64,000 nucleotides of DNA from Nitrospirota bacterium. Lineage in GTDB: Bacteria; UBA2233. Location: the NCBI GenBank assembly GCA_011620345.1, contig WOZJ01000050.1, positions 66,495-130,494 of the forward strand, read 5' to 3'. The position numbers and the translations under genes are program-made. The notes beneath the pieces were generated by a model. That model made no database searches, was not told the DNA's origin, and saw nothing but the letters and a program-made list of their open reading frames with translations. Of this stretch, positions 10,690 to 20,395 are shown in pieces (position 1 is the stretch's first letter; each line of letters opens with the position of its first letter).

Positions 10690-11133
10690 TTAGACGAGGA
10701 ACATGTCGCAAAAGGCCACGAACGCGCCCACAACGGCCAGGACGACGACCAGGAACGCGACGGGCCGAAAATCCCTTAGGCCATAGCTGTAAGGGAATAC
10801 GGGAGGGGTAGGTTTGCCCAGCAGGTAGCCCAACTCCTGGAAGATTAGCCGGACGCCGTTGAGCGCGTGGAACACGAACCCAGCGAACACGAGGTACTCG
10901 CCAAAACGAAATGCAGGATGGTGCAGGAAGCCCATGGTCGCTTTCCAGGCCGGCTCTCCAAAAATCCGTGTCGACGTGGCAAAGATGTGAAGGACTAAGT
11001 AGAACAGCACGCCTAGACCCGTAAGGCGGTGGAGGGTGTAGAGGTAGCGCTCAAGCCCGTACCTACCGGCCCATCCCCAGCCGACGATCCCTAGGTCGTT
11101 TTGAACGGGCCTTGCCTTGAGCGGAATCGCCAT
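10690..11133 (-). CDS. sdhC: succinate dehydrogenase cytochrome b subunit (SdhC-like)
   Basis: ...LERYLYTLHRLTGLGVLFYLVLHIF...HHPAFRFGEYLVFAGFVFHALNGVRLI: heme-ligand His residues in TM helices. Start at MAIPLKARP (11133) with GGAGAAG RBS. Confidence 0.75.
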   Translation of the reverse strand: MAIPLKARPVQNDLGIVGWGWAGRYGLERYLYTLHRLTGLGVLFYLVLHIFATSTRIFGEPAWKATMGFLHHPAFRFGEYLVFAGFVFHALNGVRLIFQELGYLLGKPTPPVFPYSYGLRDFRPVAFLVVVLAVVGAFVAFCDMFLV

Positions 11134-11149
11134 GGCTTCTCCCCCTTTG

Positions 11150-12865
11150 TTAGTATGTCCGCTCGACGGGCTTCCAGTAAGTAAGGCGGACATCACTCGT
11201 CCCAAACTGCAGCCGGCCGTTTTCGAGCGAACAGAGCGTGTGCTTCAAGAAACGCTCGTCGTCGCGTTTGGGGTAGTCCTTCCTAAAATGCCCCCCGCGC
11301 GATTCGGTACGCCTAAGCGCCCCTTCGACGACCACCTCGGCCAACAAGAGCATGTTCTCTAGCTCTAGGACGCTCATGAGATCCGTGTTATACACCAAAG
11401 ACTTGTCGGTGAGCTGGACGTGCTCGAAGCGTTGTTTGAGTTCCTGGACCTTGGCGAGCGTCTTTTGGATGCCCGTTTCGTCCCGGAACACGCCAACCCC
11501 TTCATCCATTGCTGCCCTAAGCTCGTTCCTTATGGCGTAAGGGTTTTCCGACCCACGCTTTTCGAAAAACCGGCCGAAGGCCCGCCATTCGGCCTCGGTC
11601 GCCTCCTTTTCGGAAACCTTAGGCGGAGTCCCAAGCTTTGAGATGTCCCCTAAGACGGCCTGCCCGACGATCCTGCCCCAGACCAGACATTCGGCCGTGG
11701 AGTTTGACCCCAAACGGTTCGCCCCGTGCAAGGACACGCAGGCTGCCTCTCCCGCGGCGTACACACCGGGCAAGGGGGTTCTTCCATTGATGTCGACGTG
11801 AACTCCCCCCATGGAGTAATGCGCGGCCGGACGGATGGGGATTGGCTTTTCGATCGGATCTACCCCTACGAACTTGATGGCCACCTCCCTAATCAACGGA
11901 AGGCGCTCGTTGATCGTCTTTGCCCCTAGATGGCGCAAATCCAGCGCGATGTACCCCATCCTCTCGGGCCCTTCAAACCCTCGGCCCTCGAGGATTTCCG
12001 TCATTTCCGCCCTGGCAACGATATCCCTCGGGGCTAGTTCCATCTTGGCCTTCGCGTAGCGCTCCATGAAGCGTGCGCCAAGGGCGTTCTTCAAGTACCC
12101 CCCTTCGCCTCGGGCGCCCTCTGTAATGAGTACGCCGGACGGGACGAGCCCTGTGGGGTGAAACTGAACAAACTCCATGTCTTTTAGATGAAGCCCAGCC
12201 CTCAAAGCGAGCGCCGCACCATCGCCCGTTGCCGTGATCGAGTAGGTCGTGAAGCTGTACATCCTGCAGCACCCGCCCGTTGCGATGATGAGCGCCTTGG
12301 CCCGGATGAGGAAAAACCCGCCCGTGTTGAGGTCCCAAGCGGCGAGCGCGCAGAAAGCCCCATCCTTGACAATCAGCTCGGCCGCGAACATATCGGGATA
12401 GAGCGTGACCTGGCCGTAACGCTGGAGCGTGTCGTAGAGTGTCTGGACCTCGAAGAACCCAGTCTTGTCCGCGGCATAAACAGTTCGGTCGACGCTGTGC
12501 CCCCCAAAGGGCCTGTACGCGGCCGACCCGTCTTCCCTGCGGGACCATGGGATGCCCAGGTGGTCTAAAAAGAATATTTCCTTTGGTATCGTCTCGACAA
12601 ACCGAAACACGACGTCCTGGTCCGCAAGAAAATCCGAACCTTTTACCGTATCCCAGGCATGAAGATCTAGGGAATCCCCGCCTTCGGGGTGAAGGACGGC
12701 CGCCGTTCCGCCCTCTGCGCATACCGAGTGCGGCCTCAAGATGTGGGTTTTTGAAACGAGCCCGATGTCGATCCGCCCTTGAGAGGCTAAAGCAAGCTCC
12801 AACGCGGCGCGCATGCCCGCAAGCCCAGACCCCAAAATAACGACGTCATGGTTTCTTTGTTCCAC
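11150..12865 (-). CDS. sdhA: succinate dehydrogenase/fumarate reductase flavoprotein subunit
   Basis: DVVILGSGLAGMRAALE (FAD-binding dinucleotide fold), ...RPHSVCAEGG..., HYSMGGV. GTG start with AAGGAGG RBS. Confidence 0.9.
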   Translation of the reverse strand: MEQRNHDVVILGSGLAGMRAALELALASQGRIDIGLVSKTHILRPHSVCAEGGTAAVLHPEGGDSLDLHAWDTVKGSDFLADQDVVFRFVETIPKEIFFLDHLGIPWSRREDGSAAYRPFGGHSVDRTVYAADKTGFFEVQTLYDTLQRYGQVTLYPDMFAAELIVKDGAFCALAAWDLNTGGFFLIRAKALIIATGGCCRMYSFTTYSITATGDGAALALRAGLHLKDMEFVQFHPTGLVPSGVLITEGARGEGGYLKNALGARFMERYAKAKMELAPRDIVARAEMTEILEGRGFEGPERMGYIALDLRHLGAKTINERLPLIREVAIKFVGVDPIEKPIPIRPAAHYSMGGVHVDINGRTPLPGVYAAGEAACVSLHGANRLGSNSTAECLVWGRIVGQAVLGDISKLGTPPKVSEKEATEAEWRAFGRFFEKRGSENPYAIRNELRAAMDEGVGVFRDETGIQKTLAKVQELKQRFEHVQLTDKSLVYNTDLMSVLELENMLLLAEVVVEGALRRTESRGGHFRKDYPKRDDERFLKHTLCSLENGRLQFGTSDVRLTYWKPVERTY

Positions 12866-12890
12866 GCCGCCTCCTTGTATGCCGGTTGAT

Positions 12891-12929
12891 ATTCGTATGC
12901 ATTATACGACGAATCATTGTGCTGATCAA
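12891..12929 (-). promoter_or_regulatory. sigma70-type promoter of the sdhACDB operon with an inverted repeat flanking the -10 box
   Basis: On the minus strand: TTGATC-N17-TATAAT. The -35 corresponds to + strand 12924-12929 and the -10 to 12901-12906. The inverted repeat ATTCGT (12891-12896) ... ACGAAT (12909-12914) brackets the -10. Confidence 0.45.
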
Positions 12930-12974
12930 CGGCAAGAAGGCGTGCAGATGCTCCTTGGTAGGGCTTCGAGTTTG

Positions 12975-15128
12975 CTAGCGTTGTTCCCCCGCGGCCAAAA
13001 GCGCCCTCAAGGCAGGGATGTAGGCCTTGTTTGCGTACTCCTTGAGCATCCTGCGGGCGCTGAAGGTAGGGCCGCAGCTTTTGATTGCTGCCTTCATCAT
13101 GGCAACCCAGCCGTGAGGGGTGCCGTCTTCCCCTATGTCGTAGTACAAAGGAATAATCTCTTCTTCGAGCACTCGGTAGAGCGCTTCGGCATCCGTCCTG
13201 TCCCTGTTCTCGGTAGGCGTTCCGACCCCGAAGGCCCAGCCGTTTTGGCCGTTGAACCCCTCGACCCACCAGCCGTCCAGAATGCTCAAATTTGGGACGC
13301 CGTTTAACGACGCTTTCATGCCCGAGGTTCCGGAAGCTTCCAGCGGAGGGATGGGGTTGTTGAGCCAGGCATCCACGCCGTGCACCAAGTACTGGGCGGT
13401 CTGTTCGCCGTAGTCTTCGACAAACGCGATCCTCCCGCAGAAGGAGGGGTCCTTTGCGACGTTGAACACGTTTTGAAGGATGCGTTTGCCTAGGCTGTCG
13501 TCTGGATGGGCCTTGCCTGCAAAAATAACCTGGACGGGCCTTAACGGGTTGCACGTGATCCGCTTAAGCCGTTCCGGGTCTGAAAGGATCAAATCGGCGC
13601 GCTTGTAGGCGGCAAAGCGTCTTGCGAACCCAAGCGTGAGGACAAACGGGTCAAGAAGTGCCCCTTGAGCCAGCCCTACCGATGCGGGCACTTTATCGCG
13701 GGCCCAACGGCGCCTTGCACGCTCGCGCATGATGTTTAAGAGCTTGGTTTTGAGCCAGATATGGAGCTCCCAAAGTTCTTTATCCGGGACGTCTTGGATA
13801 TTAGACCAGGTTCTTTGGTCGTCATGGCGTTCCAGCCAGTCTCGGCCCAAATGACGGTCGAACAACAGCCCTACCTTTGGGTCTACCCAGGTAGGTACGT
13901 GCACGCCGTTGGTTACGTGGAAGATGGGAATTTCTTCCAGCCTTTTGTTCGGCCAAAGAGCCTTCCACATGTCCTTGGTCACTTCAAGGTGTTTTTTGCT
14001 GACAGCATTGGCGAATTGGCACATTTTTAAGGCAAATACGGCCATGTTAAACCCGGCGTTCGGGTCGGCAGGGTTCAGCCCGAGCTTGAAGAACGCCTCA
14101 CGGCTTAGCCCGAGCGCTTCCCAGTAGGGATGGAAGTATTTCTCCACGAGCGCGTAGCTGAAGACGTCGATCCCGGCAGGAACAGGGGTATGCGTTGTAA
14201 AGAGCGAGGTCCTGTAGACATACTCCTTGGCCTGCTTAAAATCGAGCCCACGCCCCATGAGACCCCTGGCATGCTCCAAAAGGGCGAAGGCTGGGTGCCC
14301 CTCGTTTAAATGGACCATGAACTCTTGAAGGCCGAGCGTTCTTAGGACCGCTATGCCCCCCAGCCCTAGAACAATTTCCTGGCGGAGACGCTCCTCTGGA
14401 TCCCCTATGTAGAGCCTCGCCGAGATTTCCCTGTTCCAAGGCTCGTTCGCCTCGATGTTCGTATCCATTAAATAAAGGGGAACACGGCCGACCTGAACCC
14501 GCCATACAGAAACGTATATGGCGGGTTCGATGACAGGGACGCGAACAGTCAGCCATTTTCCCGCTTTGTCTTTAACCTTTTCGATCGGCAGATAGTTGTA
14601 GTTTATAAGCTCGTGGTGTTCTTCCTGCCAGCCTTGCTCCGTGAGCCTCTGGTGAACGTAGCCTTCTGGGTAGAAGAGTCCTATCCCTACGACCGGGACA
14701 CCCAAATCGCTCGATTCCTTAAGATGGTCCCCCGCCAGCATGCCAAGCCCTCCGGCATAGATGGGGAGAGACCGGTGTAGGCCATACTCGAAACTAAAGT
14801 AGGCGATGAGCGGCTCTTTTTGTGGCCTTGGAAAAACCGTATCGAACCACCTAGATGTGTTGACCATGTAGGCCTCGAACTCGGCCATGACCTCGTCGTA
14901 GAGGCGAAGGTACGACCGGCTTTTGCAGGCCTTCTCGAGTTCCTCCAAGGGAAGCTCGCTTAGCATCTTTACAGGGTTGTGAACGGTTTCCTTCCAGCGC
15001 ATTCTTCCTAGGAGCTTGAACAGCATCCGGGCCTTAGGGTTCCAGCTCCAGTATAGGTTCATAGAGAGTTTTCCTAGCCCTTTAATCCTTTCGGGCAAAA
15101 GTGGACAGGTATGATTCATCGATTCCAT
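12975..15128 (-). CDS. glgP: alpha-glucan (glycogen/maltodextrin) phosphorylase, GT35 with DUF3417-type N-terminus
   Basis: N-terminus ...LSMNLYWSWNPKARMLF... (DUF3417). Also HTPVPAG, a PLP-lysine region ...NGVPNLSILDGWWVEG..., and 717 aa length. Confidence 0.85.
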   Translation of the reverse strand: MESMNHTCPLLPERIKGLGKLSMNLYWSWNPKARMLFKLLGRMRWKETVHNPVKMLSELPLEELEKACKSRSYLRLYDEVMAEFEAYMVNTSRWFDTVFPRPQKEPLIAYFSFEYGLHRSLPIYAGGLGMLAGDHLKESSDLGVPVVGIGLFYPEGYVHQRLTEQGWQEEHHELINYNYLPIEKVKDKAGKWLTVRVPVIEPAIYVSVWRVQVGRVPLYLMDTNIEANEPWNREISARLYIGDPEERLRQEIVLGLGGIAVLRTLGLQEFMVHLNEGHPAFALLEHARGLMGRGLDFKQAKEYVYRTSLFTTHTPVPAGIDVFSYALVEKYFHPYWEALGLSREAFFKLGLNPADPNAGFNMAVFALKMCQFANAVSKKHLEVTKDMWKALWPNKRLEEIPIFHVTNGVHVPTWVDPKVGLLFDRHLGRDWLERHDDQRTWSNIQDVPDKELWELHIWLKTKLLNIMRERARRRWARDKVPASVGLAQGALLDPFVLTLGFARRFAAYKRADLILSDPERLKRITCNPLRPVQVIFAGKAHPDDSLGKRILQNVFNVAKDPSFCGRIAFVEDYGEQTAQYLVHGVDAWLNNPIPPLEASGTSGMKASLNGVPNLSILDGWWVEGFNGQNGWAFGVGTPTENRDRTDAEALYRVLEEEIIPLYYDIGEDGTPHGWVAMMKAAIKSCGPTFSARRMLKEYANKAYIPALRALLAAGEQR

Positions 15129-15196
15129 CGTCGTTTGCCTTCATGCCATGAATTGGTGGAACGTTTGGAGAGTGCGATCATCTATCCATGATTTAT

Positions 15197-15940
15197 CTAT
15201 GCCTTGACTTGCCGTTTGACAGCCTCGGCGGCCCTTTGAACCTCTTCTTGGCTTCCCAAGTAATAGTGGCGAAGGGCGCGGAAGTCCTGATCGAGTTCGT
15301 AGACCAACGGAAACCCTGTCGGAATGTTTAGGCCTACAATATCTTGATCGGAGATTCCGTCCAGATACTTTACGAGCGCGCGCAAGCTGTTGCCGTGGGC
15401 GGCGATTAGCACGCTCTTCCCGTTTCGGATTTTGGGGACGATTGCATCTTGCCAAAACGGAATCGTTCGTTGAAGGGTTGTTTTGAGCGATTCGGAGGCC
15501 GGCAAAAGCCTTGGGTCTAGCTCTTGGTAACGCGGGTCGGACTTAGGGTGCCTTGGATCGTCCGACTCGAGCTCTGGCGGGGGGATGTCGTAGCTGCGCC
15601 GCCAGGCGAGCACTTGTTCCGCCCCGTACTTATCTGCCGTTTCTTGCTTGTTGAGCCCTTGGAGCGCTCCGTAGTGACGCTCGTTCAGCCTCCAGGACCG
15701 TTGGACAGGTATCCACATCAAATCCATTTCTTCCATTACGATCCACAGCGTTCGTATGGCCCGTTTTAGGACCGAGGTGAGCGCATAATCGAAGCTGACC
15801 CCGGCTTCTTTGAGGAGCCTTGCTGCGTTCTTTGCCTCTCTAACGCCCTGTTCGGACAAATCGACATCCACCCAGCCCGTAAAGCGGTTCTCTAGGTTCC
15901 AGGTGCTCTGTCCATGCCTTAGGAGAACCAAGCGGTACAT
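15197..15940 (-). CDS. gpmA: 2,3-bisphosphoglycerate-dependent phosphoglycerate mutase
   Basis: [29 protein letters not shown] (RHG phosphohistidine motif), ...[11 protein letters not shown]. Confidence 0.9.
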   Translation of the reverse strand: MYRLVLLRHGQSTWNLENRFTGWVDVDLSEQGVREAKNAARLLKEAGVSFDYALTSVLKRAIRTLWIVMEEMDLMWIPVQRSWRLNERHYGALQGLNKQETADKYGAEQVLAWRRSYDIPPPELESDDPRHPKSDPRYQELDPRLLPASESLKTTLQRTIPFWQDAIVPKIRNGKSVLIAAHGNSLRALVKYLDGISDQDIVGLNIPTGFPLVYELDQDFRALRHYYLGSQEEVQRAAEAVKRQVKA

Positions 15941-15963
15941 TTCTGCCCCCCTTTTATCGCACT

Positions 15964-16887
15964 TTATAGAGGCTTAATTTCAACCTTTGACAGGATTTCA
16001 AGGAACGCTTCTTGCGTGCAGATGGCCGTTCCTGGCATGAGCGTGGTGGCCGTCCCCGCAGCGACGGCACATTTGAGCGCCCAGGTAGGATCCTTTTTTT
16101 GCCGGAATCCATGAAGGAACCCCGCCACGAAAGAATCTCCGGCCCCGACGGTGTTTTTTGCCTGAACCTTCGGAGGAACGGCCAAAAGTCTAAGGTCGTT
16201 TTTGACGAGCAGCGCGCCCTTGCCGCCAAGCGAAACGAGCACCCAGGGAATCCCTCTTTCGAGGACATCCATGGCCGCTTGCAGGGTCTCATTTAAATTG
16301 GTGAGCTCTTTGCCCACAAGCCCAGCCAGCTCGTGCTCGTTTGGCTTGATCGCATCGGGAAGGCCCTCAACCCCCGCCTTTAGCGCCTCGCCGTCGGCAT
16401 CTAGGAATACCATTGCACCCTTGGACTTGGCTAGCGCCACAACCTGCCTGTAAACAACGGGGTGAACTCCAGCGGGGAGGCTACCGCTGATGGCAAGGAA
16501 TTCTATATCTTTAAGATTTTCGATTCTTCGGATGAGACGCATGAGCTCGTAAGGGTGAACCTTCGGGCCTTTGGCGTTGAAGATGACTTGCCTGTGGTCG
16601 CCTTGTTCATTGACGATGATGTTCGTCCGGGTTTCACCAGAAATTCTAACGAAGCTGCAAGAAACCCCCGCGTTCAATAGCTGTCCTTCGAGCTCTTCGC
16701 CAGCGAACCCACCGACGAACCCCAACGCCATGTTTGGCGTGCCGAGCGAGGTGAGCACCTTCGAGACGTCGATCCCTTTTCCCGCGGCGTAACGCTCTTC
16801 GTGGACAACCCGGTTGGCCGTGTCGAGGTAAACCTCTTTGACCCATAGGGCCCGATCAAGCGCGGGGTTGAGGGTCAGCGTGTATAT
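15964..16887 (-). CDS. PfkB-family sugar kinase (1-phosphofructokinase/tagatose-6-P kinase-like); the N-terminus lies upstream of the first ATG
   Basis: The track ORF (ATG at 16758) begins inside the conserved region. In-frame upstream translation continues ...[50 protein letters not shown]..., which is the canonical PfkB N-terminus (ribokinase-like GG region). There is no ATG/GTG/TTG in frame before the stop at about 16993. An ATA codon at 16885-16887 is preceded by AAAGGGGA. Confidence 0.65.
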   Translation of the reverse strand: MYTLTLNPALDRALWVKEVYLDTANRVVHEERYAAGKGIDVSKVLTSLGTPNMALGFVGGFAGEELEGQLLNAGVSCSFVRISGETRTNIIVNEQGDHRQVIFNAKGPKVHPYELMRLIRRIENLKDIEFLAISGSLPAGVHPVVYRQVVALAKSKGAMVFLDADGEALKAGVEGLPDAIKPNEHELAGLVGKELTNLNETLQAAMDVLERGIPWVLVSLGGKGALLVKNDLRLLAVPPKVQAKNTVGAGDSFVAGFLHGFRQKKDPTWALKCAVAAGTATTLMPGTAICTQEAFLEILSKVEIKPL

Positions 16888-16981
16888 AACGGCCCGATCC
16901 CCTTTGGATGTTTCTATTTGCGCACTTTTATTATATAGGGTACTCCAGGCTCTGGTTGAAGTGCAAGCGTTCGCCAGGCCC

Positions 16982-18457
16982 TTAAACGGCCTGGGTCATG
17001 CTTTCTGGAAGGGCAGGAAGCATTTGGCCCCTCCTTTGGTAGCGCACGTGGAATGATAGCGCTTCTTCTAAGATATGGGGGGTATGCCCTCCTCGTTTGA
17101 GTGCATCCTTGCAGTAGTCTTTGAGGATCTCACGATAGCTTGGGTGTGCGCAGTGCTCGACAATCAACGGCGCCCTTTCTCTGGGGGCAAGCCCCCTTAA
17201 ATCGGCAAGCCCCTGCTCGGTGATCAGGATGTCCACGTCATGCTCTGGATGGTCGACGTGGGCCACCATCGGAACGATGCAGGATATTTTCCCCTCCTTA
17301 ACGATTGAAGGGGTAACAAATATAGACAGGTGGCTGTTGCGGGCAAAATCCCCCGACCCCCCTATCCCGTTCATCATGTGCGTGCCCATGATGTGGGTCG
17401 AGTTGATGTTGCCGTAGATGTCCGCCTCGATGGCTGCATTGATGGCCACGATCCCTAGCCTTCGAACCACCTCCGGGTGGTTGGAAATCTCTTGAGGTCT
17501 TAGAATAAGTTTATCCCGGTAGCGTCCAATATTGGCCATGATTTCCCTGTGGGCCTTGGCCGAGAGCGTGATCGAGGTGCACGAGGCAAAGGACATCTTT
17601 CCGGCATCGATCAGCATGAACACGGCATCCTGCAGCACTTCGGAATACATCTTGAGGTTCTCGAAATCTGAGCCTATAAACCCTTCCAAGACAGCGTTTG
17701 CCGTGGCACCGATTCCTGCCTGCAGCGGCGGGAGTTGTTTGCTGAGTCTTCCTTTTTTCACCTCGTGCTTGAGGAAATCGATCAACTGGACTGCGATCGC
17801 TTCGGTCGCCCCGTCGGGCGGTAAGATGCGTGCCTCCGAATCGGGCTTGTTGGTAATGACGATGCCTACAATCTTCGAGGGGTCTACGGGGATGGCCGAA
17901 ACCCCCACCCTGTCTTCGGGGTGGACGATTGGGATTGGTTCCCTGTAGGGCCTTCTTGCTGGGATATAAATGTCGTGGACGCCCTGGAGAGCATCGGGTT
18001 GGGCCAGGTTGATCTCTAGCAGAATCTTGTCGGCGAACAGCGCGTAAGAGGCAGAATTCCCAACCGAGGTTGTCGGTACGAGCCCCCCGTCCTCCTCGAT
18101 GGCCAAAACCTCCAAAAGGGCAACGTCCACCTTGGGCAATTGCCTGGAGCGCAACAGCTCGACGGTTTTAGAGAGGTGTTGGTCGATGAACATCACCTCT
18201 CCTGCGTTGATCGCCTCCCTAAGCATACCATCCGACATAAAAGGAAGCCGTCTTGCGATGACTCCGGCCTCCGTGAGCGGAGAGTCGCAGTCTTCCCCCG
18301 TCGAGGCGCCCGTCATCAGCGTAATCTTGAACGGCTCTTCTTTGGCACGCTCTGCAAGTGCCCTTGGAATCGCCTTAACATCGCCCGCCCGCGTAAACCC
18401 GCTCATTCCGACAACCATCCCGTCTTGGATGAACGAGGCTGCCTCCTCGGCGTTCAT
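16982..18457 (-). CDS. acetyl-CoA hydrolase/transferase family protein (succinyl-CoA:acetate CoA-transferase-like)
   Basis: N-terminus MNAEEAASFIQDGMVVGMSGFT..., ...GIGATANAV..., ...NGIGGSGDF (the GxGGxxD CoA-transferase motif). Start at ATG 18457 with GGGGAAGG RBS. Confidence 0.8.
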   Translation of the reverse strand: MNAEEAASFIQDGMVVGMSGFTRAGDVKAIPRALAERAKEEPFKITLMTGASTGEDCDSPLTEAGVIARRLPFMSDGMLREAINAGEVMFIDQHLSKTVELLRSRQLPKVDVALLEVLAIEEDGGLVPTTSVGNSASYALFADKILLEINLAQPDALQGVHDIYIPARRPYREPIPIVHPEDRVGVSAIPVDPSKIVGIVITNKPDSEARILPPDGATEAIAVQLIDFLKHEVKKGRLSKQLPPLQAGIGATANAVLEGFIGSDFENLKMYSEVLQDAVFMLIDAGKMSFASCTSITLSAKAHREIMANIGRYRDKLILRPQEISNHPEVVRRLGIVAINAAIEADIYGNINSTHIMGTHMMNGIGGSGDFARNSHLSIFVTPSIVKEGKISCIVPMVAHVDHPEHDVDILITEQGLADLRGLAPRERAPLIVEHCAHPSYREILKDYCKDALKRGGHTPHILEEALSFHVRYQRRGQMLPALPESMTQAV

Positions 18458-18574
18458 AACCTTCCCCAAAAGTGACTTGCACCTTAATCTATCGCGGTAC
18501 ACCCTCTAAGCCTCCAGAAAATAAAAAAACATACATTTATAAAATCAAACATATTTGTGTAATCGTCTTTCTAG

Positions 18575-18604
18575 AATTGTAGCTTATAATGAGAAGAAGT
18601 ATCA
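18575..18604 (-). promoter_or_regulatory. candidate sigma70 promoter for the acetyl-CoA hydrolase/transferase gene
   Basis: The minus strand reads TTGATA-N18-TACAAT inside an AT-rich 240-bp intergenic region. Confidence 0.35.
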
Positions 18605-18697
18605 ACCCATAACGTATTTTCCACGAAAAGGCCGCAGTCATACTGAAAGACCAAATGCAAAGCTCGAAGTTTTACCAAAATAAGGTTCGGGAGAGTC

Positions 18698-19243
18698 CTA
18701 CGAGGGGGAGCCTGGGTGGAGCTCGTTCAGGGCATGTTCGAAGACGGTCTTCGACACTTTGTCTATCAGGACAAACCGTACAATCCTAATGGACCGGAGC
18801 TTTTTTGCCTCCTTAAGGATTGTTGCGAGCGCCACACGAGCCGCTTCCTCCATAGGGTAGCCGAACGCACCCGTCGATACGGCCGGGAAGGCGATGGAGC
18901 GCAATCCTTTCTCCTCGGCTAGCTTAAGAGCATTTGCGTAGCAATCGGCAAGGAGATTTTGAGGCTGGTTGTCCACCCCATAAACAGGCCCTAGGCAGTG
19001 GATGACCCATGGGTTTGGCAGGTTGAACCCTGGTGTGATAACGGCATCGCCCGGTTCGATCGGAGCAAGCGGCCCGCAGGCTTTTTCGAGGCTGGGCCCC
19101 GCGGCGCGGTGAATGGCCCCTGCTACGCCTCCGCCGGGTTTGAGCTTCGCGTTGGCCGCGTTGACGATCGCATCAATCCCTTCTTGCTGTGCGATATCCC
19201 CCGTCACGATTTCCAGCGTAATCGGTCCTAGCGCTCTCCCCAT
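18698..19243 (-). CDS. macro-domain protein (O-acetyl-ADP-ribose deacetylase-like)
   Basis: ...GDIAQQEGIDAIVNAANAKLKPGGGVAGAIHRAAGP... is the classic macro-domain nucleotide-binding N-terminus. Confidence 0.8.
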   Translation of the reverse strand: MGRALGPITLEIVTGDIAQQEGIDAIVNAANAKLKPGGGVAGAIHRAAGPSLEKACGPLAPIEPGDAVITPGFNLPNPWVIHCLGPVYGVDNQPQNLLADCYANALKLAEEKGLRSIAFPAVSTGAFGYPMEEAARVALATILKEAKKLRSIRIVRFVLIDKVSKTVFEHALNELHPGSPS

Positions 19244-19412
19244 CTGTCTTCCTTATTCTGTAGTCGGTAGCAGGGGAATCGTGAAGGAGGGCTCTAACGG
19301 CCCTAGGCATGGGTTATCCGTGCTTGACAAACGATACTTTGACTCTATCGGCCATTCAAGTATAGTACCTCTAAATTGTTTACAAACGGCCTTCGGCCAA
19401 AGAGGAGGACGA

Positions 19413-20048
19413 ATGAATGTGAACGTTCTCGATACGGCCCTTATCCAGCACGAGCTTAGTATACTTCGTGATTCAAGCACGGGTGGAATTGCCTTCAGGA
19501 AGGGCCTTCAGCACCTAGGCCGCTATTTTGCCTACGAGATTTCTAAAAGTTTTCCAAGAATTAAGCGTCCCATAGCTACTCCGCTGGACACAGCAGTTGG
19601 GTTGTTTATCGAGGGGCTGGGCAGAATCGTTATCGTGAACGTCCTAAGGGCGGCCATTCCGCTTGTCGAAGGGCTCTTGAGCGTGTTCTTCGAGGCTAGA
19701 GTGGGCATTATCAGCGCCTTTCGCGGTGAAGCTCCTCCGTTTCCCGTTCAAATCGATTACGTGCGTGTTCCCAAGATCGAGCCCGAAGATACGCTCATCG
19801 TGGCCGACCCGATGGTGGCAACCGGCTCGACGATAACGGGCGTCCTAAAAGTACTCGAGCGTTACGGGGCTCCGAAACGTACCATTCTGGCTTGCATTTT
19901 GACGACGCCCGTCGCTTTAGACCGCCTAGAGCGGGCGTTCCCGGGCCTTAATGTCTACACATCGGGCATTGATAATTCGCTGAACGATCAAGGCTATATC
20001 GTGCCCGGGCTAGGAGATGCAGGAGATAGGGCATTCTTGACCCTATGA
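19413..20048 (+). CDS. upp: uracil phosphoribosyltransferase
   Basis: ...HELSILRD..., PRPP-binding loop LIVADPMVATGSTI, C-terminus ...YIVPGLGDAGDRAFLTL. Start at ATG 19413 after AGAGGAGGA. Confidence 0.9.
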   Translation: MNVNVLDTALIQHELSILRDSSTGGIAFRKGLQHLGRYFAYEISKSFPRIKRPIATPLDTAVGLFIEGLGRIVIVNVLRAAIPLVEGLLSVFFEARVGIISAFRGEAPPFPVQIDYVRVPKIEPEDTLIVADPMVATGSTITGVLKVLERYGAPKRTILACILTTPVALDRLERAFPGLNVYTSGIDNSLNDQGYIVPGLGDAGDRAFLTL

Positions 20049-20395
20049 TTCATTGCTTGGCCGAACGACGGGGAGGTCTCGTCGGATACTGAAGAGGCGG
20101 GTCTATCCACTGTTCGTATCACGATCGCCATTGAGAGTGTTGCAGTTGACGAGCGTGCGTATCCTTGCGGCCGGGATCACGCCAGCGCTTGCAAGAAACC
20201 TTGTTTACACGAGGGTGTTTTCTAAAAATATCCAAACGTTTACGACGCTCTAGCAGGCCCTTCGGGCCATGATTGCCCATACTCGAGAATCTTAGAGTAC
20301 ACCGTACAAAAACAACAGCTTGACTTTATACTTCTCTCATGCTACCTCTATCAATAGATTTTATTAAAATAAATCTAACGTTTTATGGAGGAAGC

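Noticed and set aside
11973-12722. 249-aa minus-strand ORF inside sdhA (and similar long shadow ORFs such as 3617..4051, 5291..5788, 9383..9850, 23106..23750, 41326..41838)
   Set aside because: Arg/Pro/Gly-rich, low-complexity translations in alternative frames of strongly supported genes. These are typical high-GC shadow ORFs.
20053-20253. 66-aa ORF between upp and the CocE hydrolase
   Set aside because: No RBS, Arg-rich, no motif. The region more likely carries the upp terminator and the hydrolase promoter.
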